IMG/VR virus record: IMGVR_UViG_3300012953_000169
Coordinates: 1 to 27,770 of that record
Origin: a virus
Taxonomy: Duplodnaviria > Caudoviricetes
Reading direction: 5' to 3' (one strand)
Length of the DNA stretch: 27,770 nt
Below the pieces are notes generated by a model that saw only the letters and a list, made by a program, of their open reading frames with translations, ran no database searches and had not been told where the DNA came from. A program made the translations under genes and the position numbers. Each line of letters begins with the position of its first letter. The stretch's first letter is position 1. Below are positions 26,773 to 27,770 of the stretch, one piece after another.

Positions 26773-27770
26773 TGCCAGATATTAAAGTCAGGGTTGGCCA
26801 ACAAAATGCTATAAAGGTTGTTGCTAGTTCTTTTGGAGGTTCCCTTACTGCTGAAAATGCGGCAAATGCAACCAATGTTCTAGGTGGTATTGCATCGGTA
26901 ACACAAATAATTAATTCTGGAGTTACTACTCTAACTGGTCCAGTTAGATTAGGAAGTACTTTAGATGTTTCTGGTATTTCTACTTTTTCATCATTAGGTG
27001 TTAGTGGTCTTACAACAACAAAAGATTTACTTGTTACTGGTATAGCTACCATAGCAGGAGCTACTATTAGTGGTGGTGCATTTGAACAATTACAAGTAAC
27101 TGGTGTTTCTACTATTGGTGTTACATCAGCAACTTGGTTGGAAGCACAGCAATTAAATGTAACTGGTGTTTCTACTATTGGTATTACATCAGCAACTTGG
27201 TTGGAAGCACAGCAATTAAATGTAACTGGTGTTTCTACTTTTACTGGATTAGTTGATGGTAATGCTGGAGCAAACTTCTCAGGTGCAGAAACAACCTTAA
27301 GTTCTGCTACTGTTTCTGATTTAACAGACAATCGTATTGTTATTGCTGGTACTTCAGGTGCTCTTGAAGATACTACTAAATTAACTTTTGATGGTTCAAC
27401 TCTTGCTGTAGTTGGAGATGCTACATTTAGTGGTAATGTTTCTATAGCAGGAACATTAACTAAAGAAGATGTAACTAATATAGATTCTGTTGGACTTATA
27501 ACCGCCAGAAGCGGTGTAAGAATAACTGATGGTGGTTTAGTTGTAACTGCTGGTATTTCTACATTTGGTGGAAGAATTGTTGGTGCTGCAACAAGTAATG
27601 TAATACCATTTCTATACAGTAATTTTAGTGATTTACCATCAGCTAGTACTTACCATGGTGCATTTGCACATGTTCATGCACGAGGGAAGGGGTATTTTGC
27701 ACATTCGAGTAATTGGTATGAATTAGTTAATAAAGAGATAAATGGAACTATTGGAGTTGGAACTGAAAGA
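26772..27770 (+). CDS. Tail fibre-like protein, 3' truncated (333 codons in window)
   Basis: ATG 26772 opens a frame with no stop to the window end: MPDIKVRVGQQNAIKVV... It has repeated LxVxG(I/V)STF units, TLTKEDVTNIDSVGLITARSG and LPSASTYHGAFAHVH. Absent from the ORF track. Confidence 0.85.
   Translation, partial: MPDIKVRVGQQNAIKVVASSFGGSLTAENAANATNVLGGIASVTQIINSGVTTLTGPVRLGSTLDVSGISTFSSLGVSGLTTTKDLLVTGIATIAGATISGGAFEQLQVTGVSTIGVTSATWLEAQQLNVTGVSTIGITSATWLEAQQLNVTGVSTFTGLVDGNAGANFSGAETTLSSATVSDLTDNRIVIAGTSGALEDTTKLTFDGSTLAVVGDATFSGNVSIAGTLTKEDVTNIDSVGLITARSGVRITDGGLVVTAGISTFGGRIVGAATSNVIPFLYSNFSDLPSASTYHGAFAHVHARGKGYFAHSSNWYELVNKEINGTIGVGTER
27096..27239 (+). repeat. In-frame 63-bp tandem repeat, about 2.3 copies
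   Basis: Units start at 27096, 27159 and 27222 and encode VTGVSTIG(V/I)TSATWLEAQQLN. The two full copies differ at one base (G27120 vs A27183). Confidence 0.95.

Noticed and set aside
27096-27239. Repeat read as a CRISPR array or DGR template/variable pair
   Set aside because: The units are contiguous and in frame with no unique spacers. There is one mismatch only and no reverse transcriptase or cas gene in the window.
26708-27331. 207-aa minus-strand ORF with repeats
   Set aside because: It is the mirror of the + strand fibre gene starting at 26772, and its repeats are the reverse complement of the 63-bp duplication.

Overview
This AT-rich window comes from a T4-like myovirus, most consistent with a marine cyanomyovirus (Kyanoviridae-type gene order and motifs). 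All credible genes are on the + strand. Bases 1-1825 hold a compositionally distinct cassette: the 3' end of an unknown gene, a structured intergenic region, an AbrB/MazE-fold gene coupled to a 55-aa gene, a perfect sigma70 promoter with a palindrome over its predicted start site, a GT2-like glycosyltransferase, a 56-aa gene, a 48-aa basic RGQG peptide and an intrinsic terminator. Four of these small genes are missing from the supplied ORF track. From 1838 a T4 late promoter (TATAAATA) opens the baseplate/tail module: gp25, gp6, a 4270-aa gp7-like protein, gp8, a 2503-aa DUF4815/VrlC-like protein, two small genes and a tail-fibre-like gene that runs off the end. The best candidate for an undescribed system is the AbrB / operator / glycosyltransferase / small-peptide cassette at the early-late boundary. 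No tRNA, CRISPR array, intron or mobile element was recognised. All family calls come from motif recognition by eye, not from database searches.
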